A stretch of 64,000 bases of DNA from positions 24,862,001 to 24,926,000 of the forward strand of contig JAGIQG010000022.1 in the NCBI GenBank assembly GCA_024679065.1, written 5' to 3'. The stretch is from Sphyrna mokarran (lineage: Eukaryota). Both the position numbers and the translations under genes were made by a program. Position 1 is the first letter of the stretch, and the number at the start of each line of letters is the position of its first letter. This document shows positions 50,501-63,850 of this stretch, one piece after another. The notes beneath the pieces are model-generated. The model did not search any database. It was given only the letters and a program-made list of their open reading frames with translations, and was not told where the DNA came from.

Positions 50501-53500
50501 AGGGGACTAGCTAGAGTAAATGCATTGGGTTGGGGCAGTGGGGCCTGGGTGGAATTGTGTTTACTGCAGATTGATGGGCCAAATGGCCACCTTCTGCACT
50601 GTTGGGATTCTATGATTCTATAGATTCTATGACAAAAGAGCAAAACAAGCAGTGTCATGTTAGCTGCCTATTATACAACAGCTCCCACACCCACTATATA
50701 GATAGTTCCTTTAATAGTGGAAAATATCAGGAGGTAAATCAGGAAAATCAGGAGGCCCATTGTAGATGAAGATTTATTGCCCATGACTAATTTTGACTCT
50801 GTACTGTCTTACAAATGATTTAAGACATTATTTCCCATGGACAATTTCAATGAGAAATAAGCAGCTCCAGCACAGAAAGCATGACTTGTTATAGTTTTAA
50901 TTTAGTTTCTTAGAGCTGTCAGGGATAAGTGATAGATTGCAATATGATCCGATAAGAGGAAAACCAAAAATGCTGGAACTTCACATTGAGTCAGCAAGTC
51001 TGCAAAAGAGATAGATTAGCATTTCAGGTATGTTAATGATCGTACATTTCAAGAAATATTTCCTTTAATCACTATTCATTGATGTATAAAGCTATCTGCC
51101 TAAAATCTTAAGGCTACCATCCCTTCTCCACAGATGATGGATGATCTGTGACCATTTCCAGCATTTTCTCTTCAAATTCACATATATTTACTAAATGGCT
51201 GTGCTTTCAATGAATTTTCTTAAAATCTGAGCTGATCTGTTTATTTTCTTTTGTAAGCTATGTGTCATGAGGAATTTAGTATTGAGGATAGTGTGCAAAT
51301 TGAATAAACAATTAAAAAGGAAAGAATTTACAGGGCTTATGGGAAAAGGGCAAGGGAATGGCATCAATTAGGTAGTTCCACTAAAGAATTAGGACAGCTG
51401 TGATGGGCCAAATGGCCTCTTTTATGTAGTTTCACTACATGATTCCCTGAAATGTAAGTTGTTGATTAGAGTTGAAATGGTGACTAGGAGAAGAATACTC
51501 CACCTTGTAAATTCTTTATTTCTTTGTTCTTAGGATCTGCATGAAAATGCTTTCTTTATAACAGATGGGGTTAGCAAAAGTGACATTATCCAGGGAGAGC
51601 TGGGAGACTGCTGGTTCTGGGCCTCTGTGGCTACAATAGCCAATTCCAGAAGACTGATTGAGTGGGTTATTCCAACTGGTGAGAACTTATATTTTTAAAA
51701 TTGAGATTTCGAGTTACCATACTGAAGTTTTCTGTTCACAATGTTTAAAACAAAATATAGAGAAGCTTAAGCTTTGCAGATATGTAGATATATAATGAGT
51801 AACTTGACCTGATAAATTATTGCAAAGGGAACCTTTATCGTATGATTCTGCTTGCCATGATGTTAGAATTTTCAATGCTTATGTAACAAAATGCTGTAAT
51901 ATTTTCCTACTTACGTCTCACCCAGAGTACACCGCACTTATATTCAGTATCACTGGCTTCTGATAATGGAACAAATCAAATTTAATTTTCAATACATGGA
52001 ATCTAGGATTCTTACTAATGTTTTGGAGATCACATTCCATGATTCCATCCACATTAACTATGCATACCTATAAACTTTGGGGAGGGTACTAACTCAATAC
52101 TTTTAAAAACAGAGTCACCCTTTGGGATGCAGCTAGAGGCTTTTAGATGGTCTTTGGAATTGAATAAGCTTCACATTCAAATCAATCTTGACATTTAGCT
52201 TATGATGTTTCCTAGGCTAGGTTTCAGCCTTGTATTTCAACTCAAAAAACTATTATATTTTCCAATTGAGGTTCAAATATGAATCTTATAACACTACCTT
52301 TATCTCTGCAGTATTTTTAATACATATTTCAATTCATTTTAAAGCCTGTTTTGAAATAGCACAGATAGGAAATTAATAGTGAAACCCCAAGGGTTGAATG
52401 TTTTGGACTCTGGAACAGACTGGGAGGCAGGAGGGCTGCAATATTGAAGCAGAAGTTATTGGGAGAAGAGACTGATGTTTTCTTGCCATTGTGATATTTT
52501 ATCGGAAGAAAGTCACTATGGTGAATAGTCACCATGTGGCCAATTGAACCATTTAAGTGCAAACTGGCAGCCTTCTGGAAAGACTCTGGAGGGGTAGGGT
52601 GGAGGCTTTTTTTTTGAGCAATCTAGGGCTTACAAGAGGGCTCCCAGGACAATGACTAACCTGACAGCAACAGCATTGCCAATACTTCACGACCCATTCC
52701 CTCCCATCCCCAATCACATGGGCCTGACTGCCTGGTTCAGCTTCCTCCTGTACAGTCTCAACACTCTTTAAGAGTGCCTGACAATTGAGACATCCTTTTC
52801 CTGTAATGTTGCCTCCATCTGATTGGTCCAACAGCTCCCGAGGTGGGTTGCCATCCTTAATTGGTTGGTGGCCCAGTCAACAGTCTGTTCATTGGCTGTC
52901 TCTGGCAAAATGTCAGTATGGGTCCTGCCACCTGCTAAAGTGCAATTGTTTCTCACTTTCAGCTTTGGCAATGGGACTTGCTGGCAATCAGCAATCTGGT
53001 GATATTGCCTTGAAAAGATGATGGTGGATGTTCTTCTTGAATTGCTGTTGTGTTAATGTTGTTAATGGGGAATCCAAGTGTTTGACTCAGCAACAATGAA
53101 ATAATGGCAAAGTTGCTTAGAAAGGATCTAGACGTTAATGGTATTCCCTTTACATGCATACCTTTGTCTTCCTCTGGGGCATGGAGCTAGGAAATGCTGT
53201 TGAAATAAGCTTGCAACGTTACTGCAAAGCTTTTTGTAATGAATGCAAAATACCATTGCAGTGGTGGAGAGAGTTGTGGTAGGAGCACCAATCAAGAATA
53301 CCGTATTCACCTGGACTTTGTTAGTTGCTACTTTTGGTGTTTTCATCATTGATAGGATTTTGCGGTCCTGCCCGCCCAAGACCAAAAATGTTTATCTGAG
53401 GTTAACAGATCTTTCAATCGTTCATCAAATTGTCTGTCCTGTCCCCAGTGAATTTTATGTGGCGGGTGGGGGTGTGTGGTTTGTAATGGAGATGTGAGTG

Positions 53501-56500
53501 ATCCACCTGGCTATGATGGTGCATGATTTCAAAATTAATCGCCCACGGTTCCGCATGGACTCCCAGTGTTCTAATGTTAGACTTGTACTTAATCTATCCC
53601 ATTAGCAATGAAGTGGAACCACACTGTGCAATGCAGGGTGGCAATTTAAGGATGTCAAAATTAAAGAAATGCATCCAACAAACTAGCAGAGGGAAGAAAA
53701 TGAATAGTTGCAACAAAAGATGTCCTCAGAATTGGTGATAGGTCGAGAGAAATGTGGATGATATTTACTTTTACCTCTAATTAGTGCATTTCTAATTTTT
53801 TCTTCACCTGCAGTTCACTTATTGATGACACAATTCGTTCTGTTACAATGAGGACCTTTAGATCTCTTTCTCTTTCCAGTCAATTATCTCCTGTTCCTTC
53901 CTTTTCTGAAGAGATTGATTTATGATGGGGTTGTTCCAAAAGCATGCTTCAGTAGTTTGATTAGCGGAACATCATTCATGTGTTGTTCTTGACAGTGAGT
54001 ATTGAAAAAGCATCTACTGGACCTTCATTCAATGCTCACACTTAAATTCCCAACAAGGATCACTAGGGTAATCAAGAAAGGAAAGTTTGGCTACTATTTA
54101 CCCCTCCCTAAGCCAGAAATTGTAAGGGCACCATCCACATGAAATTAATTAACTTGACATAGACTGGAAAGACCAAGCATCTGGGAGAACCATGTAGATA
54201 GAAGAGTTGTCTTAACCTTTACCTCTTTGAACCTAGATATGGCTGTGCAATGGGTACTTATCAATAAATTAACAAGCGGAGACCAGCATGCATTCCAATA
54301 TTTATTTGTAGACAGCTTTCAGTAAGTATAACAATTAGATATGTGTCTTTCTGAAAAGGCTGTACAAAGCTGGATTGAGATGTTTCTCAAGTGACAGAAT
54401 CATGTCCAGAGTTCAAGAAGAAAACCAAACAAGGAAATGTTCTTGATGCTAGAAAAGATATTATTTTAGTACATTCAGGAATCACTTGTACCAAAATGCT
54501 AAGTGCTGGTTTGGATTGGCGCCAGCAATGTAATAAAATATCATCATCCCATTTCACTGAGTTTATACCTAATAAAATATTCATACTGTCAAATTCATGG
54601 CAACAGCTGATAACATGATTACCTGTGAATTATATCATGCTGTTTAAATAGGCCAAATGAAATAAGAAATGTGCTGATCAGGAAGTCTGTCAACAAATGT
54701 TTCAAATCACAACTTAAGTGTAAATTTCTCACTTGCAGATGTGCAGTAGACTAACATTCAATTTGTCTTTTGAACACAAATATAAGTGCGTGCAATTTAT
54801 TAATCATTATAATTGAAGATATAGTTAACACCATGGTAACCATATGGAACCACTGTAGGAGGCCATTCTGCCCTTCACACCTATGTCAGCTTGCAGAGAA
54901 AGCAATCTGCTCAGTTCCTTTCCTCTGTTCTTTCCCTAAATTTTCTAAAACATTCATTTTTGAAATATTTATCTGCTTCCCTTGTAAAATCTTGCATGGA
55001 TTCTGCCTCTATTGCTGTTTCTGATGGGGCATTCTGTGCCCCCAAATCTCTCTTTCTTAAATATAACCATCAATCAATTCTTCCATTCAGTCTTCACTTG
55101 TTTGGTAATCTTAATTTGAAGTGTTGACTCACTGACAAGTGGGAATGCTTGTTTCAAATTTATTTCATCAGCCACTTTCTAATTTTGATCATTATAATCA
55201 AATCTTATCTAACTCTGGTTTGGAGAAAAATGCTTGAGTTTCTCTAGTCTCTTCCCATAAATAATTCTCCCACAGGATATCTACTGTACCATTTCCAGTG
55301 TCTTGACATCCTTCCCAAAACAAGGTACCTAAAATTAACCATGATAATCCTACTAAGTATAAGCTTAGTATTCTCTCTTTTTATTTTTTTTACCCTTTGC
55401 TCTTGTTTAAGATTACTCTATGACTTAGCATAATTCCTTTTACAACTTATATTCAATATATCATTTGAAATGAGCTGCTTTGAAGATACAGATTGTCTGA
55501 GAATAAACTTATCCTGTATTTGTGGCGTGTATATAGTGGCACAGTGGTTAGCATTGCTTCCTCACAGTGTCAGGGAGTTGAGTTCATTTCAAGCCTTGAG
55601 TAGCTGTCTGTATGGAGTAAGTACGTTCTCCTTATGTCTGTGTGGGTTTCCTGTAGGTGGTCCAATTTCCTCCCATAGCCTAAAGATGTGCAGGTTAGGT
55701 TGATTGGTCATTTTAAATTGTCACAGAGTGTGAAGAGGGTTAGTAGGTAAATACATGAAGTTATGAGGATAGGGCCTGTGTGAGATTGTTGTCAGTGCAG
55801 ACTTGATGGGCTGAATGGCCTCTGCACTATAGAGGTTCTATGATTCGAGTATTCTTTTTTTTTTTAAAGAGCAACACAGCATGGGAAACAGGCCCTTCGG
55901 CCCATCGAGCCCACGCCGCCGTCATAACTATATAGTAGCAAATCCATTATCCTATTATATTATTCCTATATAATAATATATAGATGAGATGCTAGGCTTT
56001 ATTTCTGGAGATGCAGGTAGAAAGTGAGTGGCTGAATTTTCTGGAGCATTACGACTCTGATACCTGGACAATATGAGGGTCCTGACACTTTATGATCAGG
56101 TGAGAAGGAGTAAACTGGCTCCCTCTATTCAACCTCCCTGGTTTGTCATAATAAAGGTTTAGGTTTCTTTTTCATGAAGATATGCCTTTTCCAAATCAAA
56201 ATGTATTCATATATTTATAAAATAACAAAGAGGAGCAAATCTAACGAGGTTTGTTTGAGTCAAAGAAAGAACAAGTTTAATAATCACTAAACCATTATTT
56301 TGGACTGAATCTTACGTCTCATTAAAGAGATTTTGTGCACACGAGAATCACACGCATCAGTGACATGTCCCCTTTGATTCGCCCATTCTGCGTCAACTTC
56401 ATCCTTGCAATCAATAGGAGTTCTATATAAACAGCTCCCCACCGCTTGTTCTGGAATAACTGCAGGGGATGACAGCCAAGAAGTCTGCACTTCACTTTTA

Positions 56501-59500
56501 GAATGGAGCCCTCACCAGGATGATGGATGGATTGGAGCCGAGGTGGACACACTTTATCTTCGTTCTCGGAGACAGCTTTCCAGCAGGGTTATCACCCTGG
56601 CCTGGGATGCAATGTCTTCCAGACAAGGACAAGACAGCAGTATCAGAAGAAGATAAATGATCTTCTTCACTCAGTCAGATTAAGCAAACCCCCACTTGTC
56701 CTCTGGACACCATTGCACACCCTTTGCTCCTCCAACTCCATCTCTCATCCTTGGGAGTTGTCAACACCAGGGCACCACTACCCCTCCCGCAATCACTGTG
56801 GTTCCCCAGTAGCTGCTATGCTTCTCAAATTGCAGCTTCCACTCAAGCTCCATGTTGCCATAACTCATCACCATCTTCAATCTCACGACTCCTGCCCACA
56901 TTCTCCCTATCTGTGTTAATGCAAGACAAACTCAACCACGACAAACATAAGCAGAAGTACGCAGCATGCCTGAGCTCTGAATTCTCACACATTTTGAGAA
57001 GTGAGCCCTCGAGCTGGCCTTGGAGGAGGAAGACTGCTGGTGAAGTGAGGGCAGCAGATAGCTGTGAGAACCCCAAGACACACTGTGATTCCTCAAGCGA
57101 GTAATTAATGACTCCTCCATCTCCCCTGTTTTGCATTGATGTCATTCCCTTCTCTTGCAGCTAACCAGCTGAACAGACCAGATCATCCTCATGCCCCTTG
57201 GACCCACTAGACAAGCAATTGTGAAGGGGACTTCTCTAGTCCCACCATTGAAGATGCATCACAGCTATCACCCACACTTGGCACCAACACAGATACTCGC
57301 ACCTTTGTGGAATCATTAAGTAAACAAACTTCTGGGCCACGCACTGGTGAGGACCTTACAGTTGAAGATCCACAGCAGGTGGAGGCAGAGATGTCCCAGG
57401 AAATTGGCACTCAGAAGACTGTCAGAGCCCAGGACTCTGCTGAGCCTCTAGCTAGTGATGTGTCCCTGGGCCCTATTGCCCCACAGGTGCTGGAGTGCAA
57501 AAGCATCCGAAAGGATGACAGCATCTCTTCACTGACAGCAAGGCCAACTGGAGGAGTCCCACTGCCTTCTGTCAGGGGAGTTGATACCATCATTGCATCA
57601 CGCCAAGACTAACACTGTCAGTGTGGTGTCCATAGTGGAGACCTTGGCATAGCATGAGCACTCGATGCTAGGAGATGTCCATGTCACGGCCTGTCTGACT
57701 GCATAGGCTCCATGGTGCAGGGCTTTGACTGAATGGTGCAGGCACTGTTGAGAATTGACAAGTGTCAGTGCCCAAAGACAGTGGGGCTTCTGGCTCTCAC
57801 TCCAGCTGCCCTCCTCTATTCCATGGAGGAGCACAGGGAGCCCCGGGACCTCAAACAGAAAAGAATTCAAGAAGGCAGTTCACCACCACCTTCTCAAGGG
57901 CATCTAGGAATGAGCAATAAATGCTTTCCCATGAATGAACAAAAAAAAAGGGATTGGCAGGAATACTGCAGCCAGGAGATTCTAGGCATCTTCAGCCCAT
58001 CTGACATTCTGCCTTCCCTCTGAGCAACAGATCTCCAGCCCCTGACACTGAGAAGGGAAAACGTCCATGCTGCCAGAAAGCAGGCCTGGACTCCCCAGAT
58101 CCTGCCAAGGTCATCTCAGGGAGTCCTTGCCATGTGTAGAAGTCAGCAGGCCACTTCAACCTTAACTGTGGATCCTGAGGATACACTTAGATGTAGCGTG
58201 AGAATGAGGAAGATTAAGAAACTGTAGGTACTTAATAGGCACAGGCAAATATGGGCACTAGTGTAGATGGGTCACCATTGTATTGAATGCTTGTCATTCA
58301 AGTTCACTTTGTTCACCCACAGAGCTTCCACTCTTGTCTGCCTCGTCCCTGTGGAGCGTGAGAATGGCAGTGCTATATCCCTCCCACACTGACAAAGGTT
58401 GCAGTAGTGGGGCACTGCTGCTGGCAGCCCTTCCCCATCCCTGAGTCCATCCCCCAATCCCCATCTGTAAAAGGGTGAGCCCTCTTTACCACCCCTGCTT
58501 CCCCCCCATCAAAGCTCAACCCCTTTTATATCTGGCACTGTTCTGTAATGATCACGTGGCTTTAGTCCTGTTATGCAGTTGAAGCATTGTTGCAGAAGTA
58601 AAAGCAACTATTAGGAGCAAATTGCTAAAGGAAATTTTTCAGATAGTAAGGGGAGTGTCTCACAAATATATCCTAATGCTCACAGGCCAGTATATTACTG
58701 GGAAAACTCCGTACTATGGAATCTTTCGCTTCCGATTCTGGCAATTTGGAAAATGGGTGGAAATTCTGGTGGATGATTATTTGCCAACAAGAGATGGACG
58801 ACTTATTTATGCCAGATCAGAAGCTGACAATGAATTCTGGCCTTCGCTTTTTGAAAAGGCCTTTGCAAAGTAAGTATAATCAATTCCTTGTCGGATTTAT
58901 GTTTCACTGTTACATAACATGCCTGTACCAAACCCATTGTGGTGTGGTGATGTGAACAGGTGACATTCTGTTGAATAGAATTCTCTATTTATACTAATAA
59001 CTGGAGAAAATGTTCAACAATTTCATTATTCTGATTAATATCATGATTGATATATCATATATCCACATCTACTTTTCTGTCATCTAGTTGGATTCCTATA
59101 TCCATGCTTACAGTAGAAATTTCCTGTGTGAATATACCATTCTGTAATTAGGAGTTCCTAAGACTAAGGCAGCACTGAGCTGAAGGGTGAAGTTCTATGT
59201 ATCGTAAAGGGAAGTCCTGCTTACAGCAACATCATAGAATTGTAGGATGGTTATAGCACAGAAGGAGCCCATTCAGCCACTCATGGCTATTAGCACGAGG
59301 AACTCAGCTAGTCGCAGTCCTCTGTCTTTTCCCTGAAATCTTGCAATTTCTTTCTTTCTAGGTTCAATTTCCTTTTGAAAGCCATTATTGAATCTGCCTT
59401 CATTGCACTCTATGTCCCAACCACTCCCTGTGTAAAATGATTTTACCTCATTCCATCTTTGATTCTTTTGCCATTCACCTTAATGAATCAATGCCCTTTG

Positions 59501-62500
59501 GTTCTGAAACCTTTTGCCAATGTGAAGAGGTTTTCCCTGTCTACTCTGTCTATATCCCTCGTGATTTTGAAAATTTCTATAAAATCTCCCCCAACTTCTC
59601 TTTTCTTTGGAGACCAATTCAATTTCTCCAATCTATCTTTAAAATTTGAATGACCACTTACTTGGCATGTGACCAAGATATCTGGGAGATAACAATTTGG
59701 AAACAAGGGCCTACAAGTTAATTATAGGGGTGAGTAGACTGTGAGCGTAGCTCTGCTCTCAAGCAAGGTTATAGACTTTAGTTTTAGAACAAGCAGGATG
59801 CATCTCTTTCAAGCAGAATTCAGTTGAAATTTTGTATGCTGTCTACAAAGAATTAAAACCTCTTGTTAATTGTAAGACTCCTGGCAATGAGTTGGACTTC
59901 TAGGAAAAGCCAAGCAGAGAGAGAGAGAGTTTTAGATGCAAAACTTCAAAGTTAAGGAATATTAAAACGAACAAGGTTTTGACCTGAAGTGGTTCTGCTT
60001 AAGAAGCTAGTGATGCCACTGTGAGCTGGAAGTCTCCAACTATGGGACCTTGGAGGAGATTAAATGGGGCAACCTTTCTAATAATAAGCCCAAGAAATCT
60101 CAGTATTCATTTGAAACTTTGAAACAGAACTGAGACCAGGTTTAATCTTCCAATTTCTGATAAGTATCTGACTTGTGTTTTTGAGGTGTAAGTCAAATGA
60201 GTACAGAAGGAAAGTTGAGCTGGGGGAACTCTCCAGTCATATCAGATGTCCGGTCGAAATCTTGCTGGTCTACAGAAAAGGGTATTGGCCAAAAATTTTA
60301 CAATTAGTGGGTTTGATGACCCATTTACTGGCCCCCGCCATTAGTCTGCCTCTTCAGCAGGAAATACACGAGGTGGGCTTTGATACTGGCAATGTCCAGC
60401 CTGGGCCTGGTGTGCTGGACCCTAAGGGCCCAGGGAGCCACACCAGCCCACCAGTTAGCAAATGCCAGAGACATTCTTCTCTCCACACTGAAATAATGGG
60501 TCACCCCAGTACACAACGCAGACATGGGGTGACCCAACTCAAACTCCCTCAGCCCCCTTTCATCCTCAGAACCCCACTCAGTCTCTTCCCCCACAGACCC
60601 CCACTCAGGGCCCTTTCAGGCCATGCACCGTGGTAGTGCCAATAATGCACTGCCCCTTAGCACCCTGGCAATACACTTGACCTAGCACATTGGGTCCCGA
60701 GGTATGTCCAATGCCAGGCTAGGCTGCAAAGGAAGGGTCCCTCAAGCATACTAGATCTGGTAGGCTGGGGGGCAAGGTGTTGATTTCATCCCTCTCCCCT
60801 GAGATTGGAGGGCATGGTTGAACTGCCTTTTCTAGTCCTGGCATTCTGAAGATCACCCCAGGCATAATGATTCCAGGCAGCTTTGTGATTAATAACTTCA
60901 TTCCTGCCTGTCAACTGTGAAACTTTGAAGTAGTCTAGTCAATTTAATCTCCATGCCCCCCTCAACAGTTGGAAGACTTTTAAATTATAGCAGCACTTTA
61001 TTCTGCAGCAGAGATTTCTCTTTCTCTCTGTCAAAAGCTGAGGTGTGAGCAGACTCCTTTGAAATCTTCTGACAGAGAGATGTTAATTTCACTGTGGATA
61101 GGGTGTGGGTGGGGTTCCTTCTCCACAACTTTTCACTCAGCTCCAATGTATTCCCATAGCTTTTATTTGAAATCTCTGAGCCTTCCTAGAAAGCTGAAAC
61201 ATTTGAAAACTTTTGATCTCTTTCAATTTCATAGCACATTCATAGGACATAGCACATGCTATTAATTCACAGCTTAACGGATTTCTACTCAGCCTTCAGT
61301 CATCTTATTTACTTTTCCCTTCATGCTTGAATGCATCTCAAGTACCCCCATTATTCCTAACCACAATGTTTACAAGATAAACCTGATTGACAGCTGTGGT
61401 TTCTTCCAAGGGAATAAGTGATTTCACTTTCTCTTTTGAAGACAAATATCTGTGTTAACAACATTGTCATTTGTATTCACGTTTTTTGTTTTTTTGTGTT
61501 GTAAAATTGTTTTAAACTATTTTAAACCTTATGACTTAATTCTCAATAAATATCTCCAAAATTTTGAATTTGAAAATTCAAAAGAGAAAGAATGTAAATA
61601 AAAATGCTGCAAGTCTTTGCTGAGATAACAACCACCTTTAATTTAGATTAAATAATATAAAATGAAAGCAGAAAATGGTGGAGGAGCTCTGAATAAGTCT
61701 GTTAGCATCTGTGGAGAGAAAAAACACAGTTAATGTTTTGAGTCCATGTCTTTCAAACTGAAGAATTCAGATCTCATGGATGGAATCCCTACACTGCAGA
61801 AGGAGGCAATTCAGACCATTGAGCCTGCACCAACAACAATCCCACACATGCCCTACTCATGTAATGCCTCGCATTTATCATCAATAAGGATCAATATAGT
61901 GTGGCCAATCAACCTAACTCAGACATCTTTGGAATGTAGGAGGAAAGCAGGGCAGTCAGAGAAAACCCACACAGAAATAGGGAGAATGTGCAAGCTCCAT
62001 ACAAACATCACTAAGACTGGAATTGAACCGCATCCTTGGCGCTGTGAGGCAGCCACCATGCCACTCTGTTTCTCTCTCCACAGATGCTGCTGGACTCCCT
62101 GAGAGTTTTTCCAACATTTCCTGTTTTTCACTTTCAGATTTCCAGCATCCACAGTATGTTGCTTTTAACACGTTATTTTGTTTTGCCTCTCCATTGTCTT
62201 CTCAACCATCAAATAGTATTCAACGATTGTTCTGTGCAGTTATTTGCCTACTTCTTTTGCATCCACATTGGATTTTACCTGCAGGTTGCACGGGTCATAT
62301 AAGGCGATTGAAGGAGGGTGGACACTGGATGCTTTGACAGACCTCACTGGCGGTGTTGGTGAGATCTACAGGTTTTCAGAATTTGCAGATAGGTACGAGG
62401 AACTGTACAACCATCTTGCTGCTGCTTCTCGGAAGAATGCTTTGATGGCCTGTGGAACAGGAAAGGTTAGACAGGTGATATTCTGTAGAAGATTCATACG

Positions 62501-63396
62501 AAACGTTAACTCTGTTTCTCTGTCCACAGATGCTGTCAGACCTGCTGAGGTTTTCCACATTTTCTGTTAAAACAAGTTAAAGTTGATCTTCTTCCTAATA
62601 TTGTTAATTATTTTTTGGAGAGGACTGAATGCTGGCCATAATAAGAGTGGACAGGTTTTCAAAGGGATGTAAAATAAGTTACATGGAATTCGTTGCTTAT
62701 TAAATACCTTGCTAGATTATCCATTCCAATGATGTTAGGTGAATTGACCATGTTAAGTTTGCCCTCAATGTACCTGAACAGGTGCCGGAGTATGGTGAGT
62801 ACTTATTCATAGTAAGTTCATTGCAGTGTTAATGTAAGCCTACTTGTGACACTATAATTAAACTTCAGTATACAATGAGAGTGCTGTGAAGAGGCACATT
62901 TTTACTCAGCCAAAATCTAATCTACTGGAACTAAGCAATAATAACACAAAGTTATTGCATTCATCTTCTTATTTAATCCCAACATTAACATTTCCAGCAA
63001 GATTTTGTGTTCTAATAATACATTTCCAAATGCTGCTTGTAATTTAACAAGTACTTCTTGCTGGCAAGGACCCAGCTTGCCATCACGCTTATTGAGAAAG
63101 TGTGGGACTCTTCATCGAGACTTTTCCCTTGTGTCTGCTTGGCCTGGGCTGCCACTGGACAAAGCTCTCTACTGGCAGATTAAACCTGAAATATTGGTGC
63201 ATATTGTAACTGTCAAGACCAAAGCTAAGTATTTGAGCATAACTCCATGAACTATAGCTGAACTCTTGTCATGTTTTTTGCAGCACTTTTGACTTACGAC
63301 TTTCTCCACCTAAATTTTATTCAGGAAGATGAAGGATATGAAAAGCAAGATGGTTTAGTAGCTGGCCATGCCTATAGTGTTACTGCAGTAAGAAAG
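47260..63396 (+). CDS. Calpain-family cysteine protease (CysPc domain), atypical, 5' portion only; gene continues beyond window
   Basis: Exons 47260-47547, 50151-50282, 51534-51678, 58686-58869, 62285-62465 and 63325-63396 chain in phase (0,0,1,2,0,0) with GT-AG introns. Motifs: WEDPDF, QGELGDCW, GIFRFRFWQFGKWVEILVDDYLP, NEFWPSLFEKAFAKLHGSY, DLTGG, GLVAGHAYSVT. Confidence 0.9.
49579..49736. mobile_element. Inverted-repeat element resembling a Penelope-like element terminus
   Basis: 35-bp inverted arms tcagtaagaggtctgacaa(t/c)accaattttaaatcc; internal cctgacgaagg...ccaaaagcttg; related sequence at ~35281-35370. Confidence 0.6.
50151..50282 (+). CDS. Calpain exon: start of CysPc domain
   Basis: ttttattcag|NFQKIIEELELTSKLWEDPDFLPEPSSLTYEDIAPEGIKWMRIL|gtaact. 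Confidence 0.88.
50445..50630 (+). mobile_element. HE1-like SINE 3' half
   Basis: gccatgctaaattgcccctt...gggccaaatggccaccttctgcactgttgggattctatgattctat. Confidence 0.8.
51534..51678 (+). CDS. Calpain exon with catalytic Cys (TGC 51609-51611)
   Basis: DLHENAFFITDGVSKSDIIQGELGDCWFWASVATIANSRRLIEWVIPT G|gtgag. Confidence 0.93.
55535..55845 (+). mobile_element. HE1-like SINE
   Basis: gtggcacagtggttagcattgcttcctcacag...gatgtgcaggttagg...gggctgaatggcctctgcactat. Confidence 0.8.
56300..58260 (+). mobile_element. Decayed PIF/Harbinger-type transposon carrying a Myb/SANT-like gene remnant
   Basis: Frameshifted MTAKKSALHF...DTLYLRSRRQLSSRVITLAWDAM...RTRQQYQKKINDLLHSVR / QDKLNHDKHKQK, a low-complexity tail and a basic end (RCSVRMRKIKKL*); resembles Myb_DNA-bind/MSANTD-type proteins. 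Confidence 0.65.
58686..58869 (+). CDS. Calpain exon
   Basis: QYITGKTPYYGIFRFRFWQFGKWVEILVDDYLPTRDGRLIYARSEADNEFWPSLFEKAFAK|gtaagt. Confidence 0.95.
59232..59640 (-). mobile_element. CR1 3' end fragment
   Basis: RLEKLNWSPKKREVGGDFIEIFKITRDIDRVDRENLFTLAKGFRTKGH. Confidence 0.85.
61785..62062 (-). mobile_element. HE1-like SINE nested inside a palindromic element (~61660-62165)
   Basis: ggaatccctacactgcagaaggaggc...gaattgaacc...gctgtgaggcagc, flanked by the arms agcatctgtggagaga / tctctccacagatgct. Confidence 0.75.
62285..62465 (+). CDS. Calpain exon
   Basis: LHGSYKAIEGGWTLDALTDLTGGVGEIYRFSEFADRYEELYNHLAAASRKNALMACGTGK|gttaga. Confidence 0.93.
63325..63396 (+). CDS. Calpain exon with catalytic His (CAT 63367-63369)
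   Basis: ttttattcag|EDEGYEKQDGLVAGHAYSVTAVRK|gtaaac. Confidence 0.93.
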
Positions 63397-63850
63397 GTAA
63401 ACTGTCAGAACAAAAACTTGCCATTGTTTCTTATTGCAGAATTTTTAATATTCTTTTTATATTCCCCACTCATTAGTCTCTGTTTCGGGAAATGTGTCAC
63501 TTTCTTTGACAATGTAATTCTGCATATTTTTATAAAATAAATGTTCAATAGATCATTATATATTGGTCATGATAAGTCCTTTCATCCTATGAGTTGTCTA
63601 TCTCTCAATCGGTGGCTGCGTTTTTGTGACACTTTCTGTGCAAGAATGAGAATTTTCTCATGGTATTGCTGTGTAATGTCCTGTGGATTGATTTGTCTCT
63701 GTCTTCTTCTCCCACCAAACCTCTGTCTATTTACTTATATTTCTTCTTCTCTGTACTCTGATATTCAGCACTATTGATTTTTGTCTGTCTTGAACCAAAG
63801 TATTTCTCCTCCCTTGTCCATTTCAACAAATCTCTTTCTCTTTTCATATG

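Noticed and set aside
58666-58685. ATATCCT string resembling a U12 5' splice site near a calpain acceptor
   Set aside because: It lies at the 3' end of an ordinary GT-AG intron and does not continue as ATATCCTTT
59720-60900. Possible solo LTR followed by a GC-rich Harbinger-like non-autonomous element (includes the 153-aa ORF 60175-60636)
   Set aside because: Looks repetitive, but I could not define termini, target-site duplications or coding motifs
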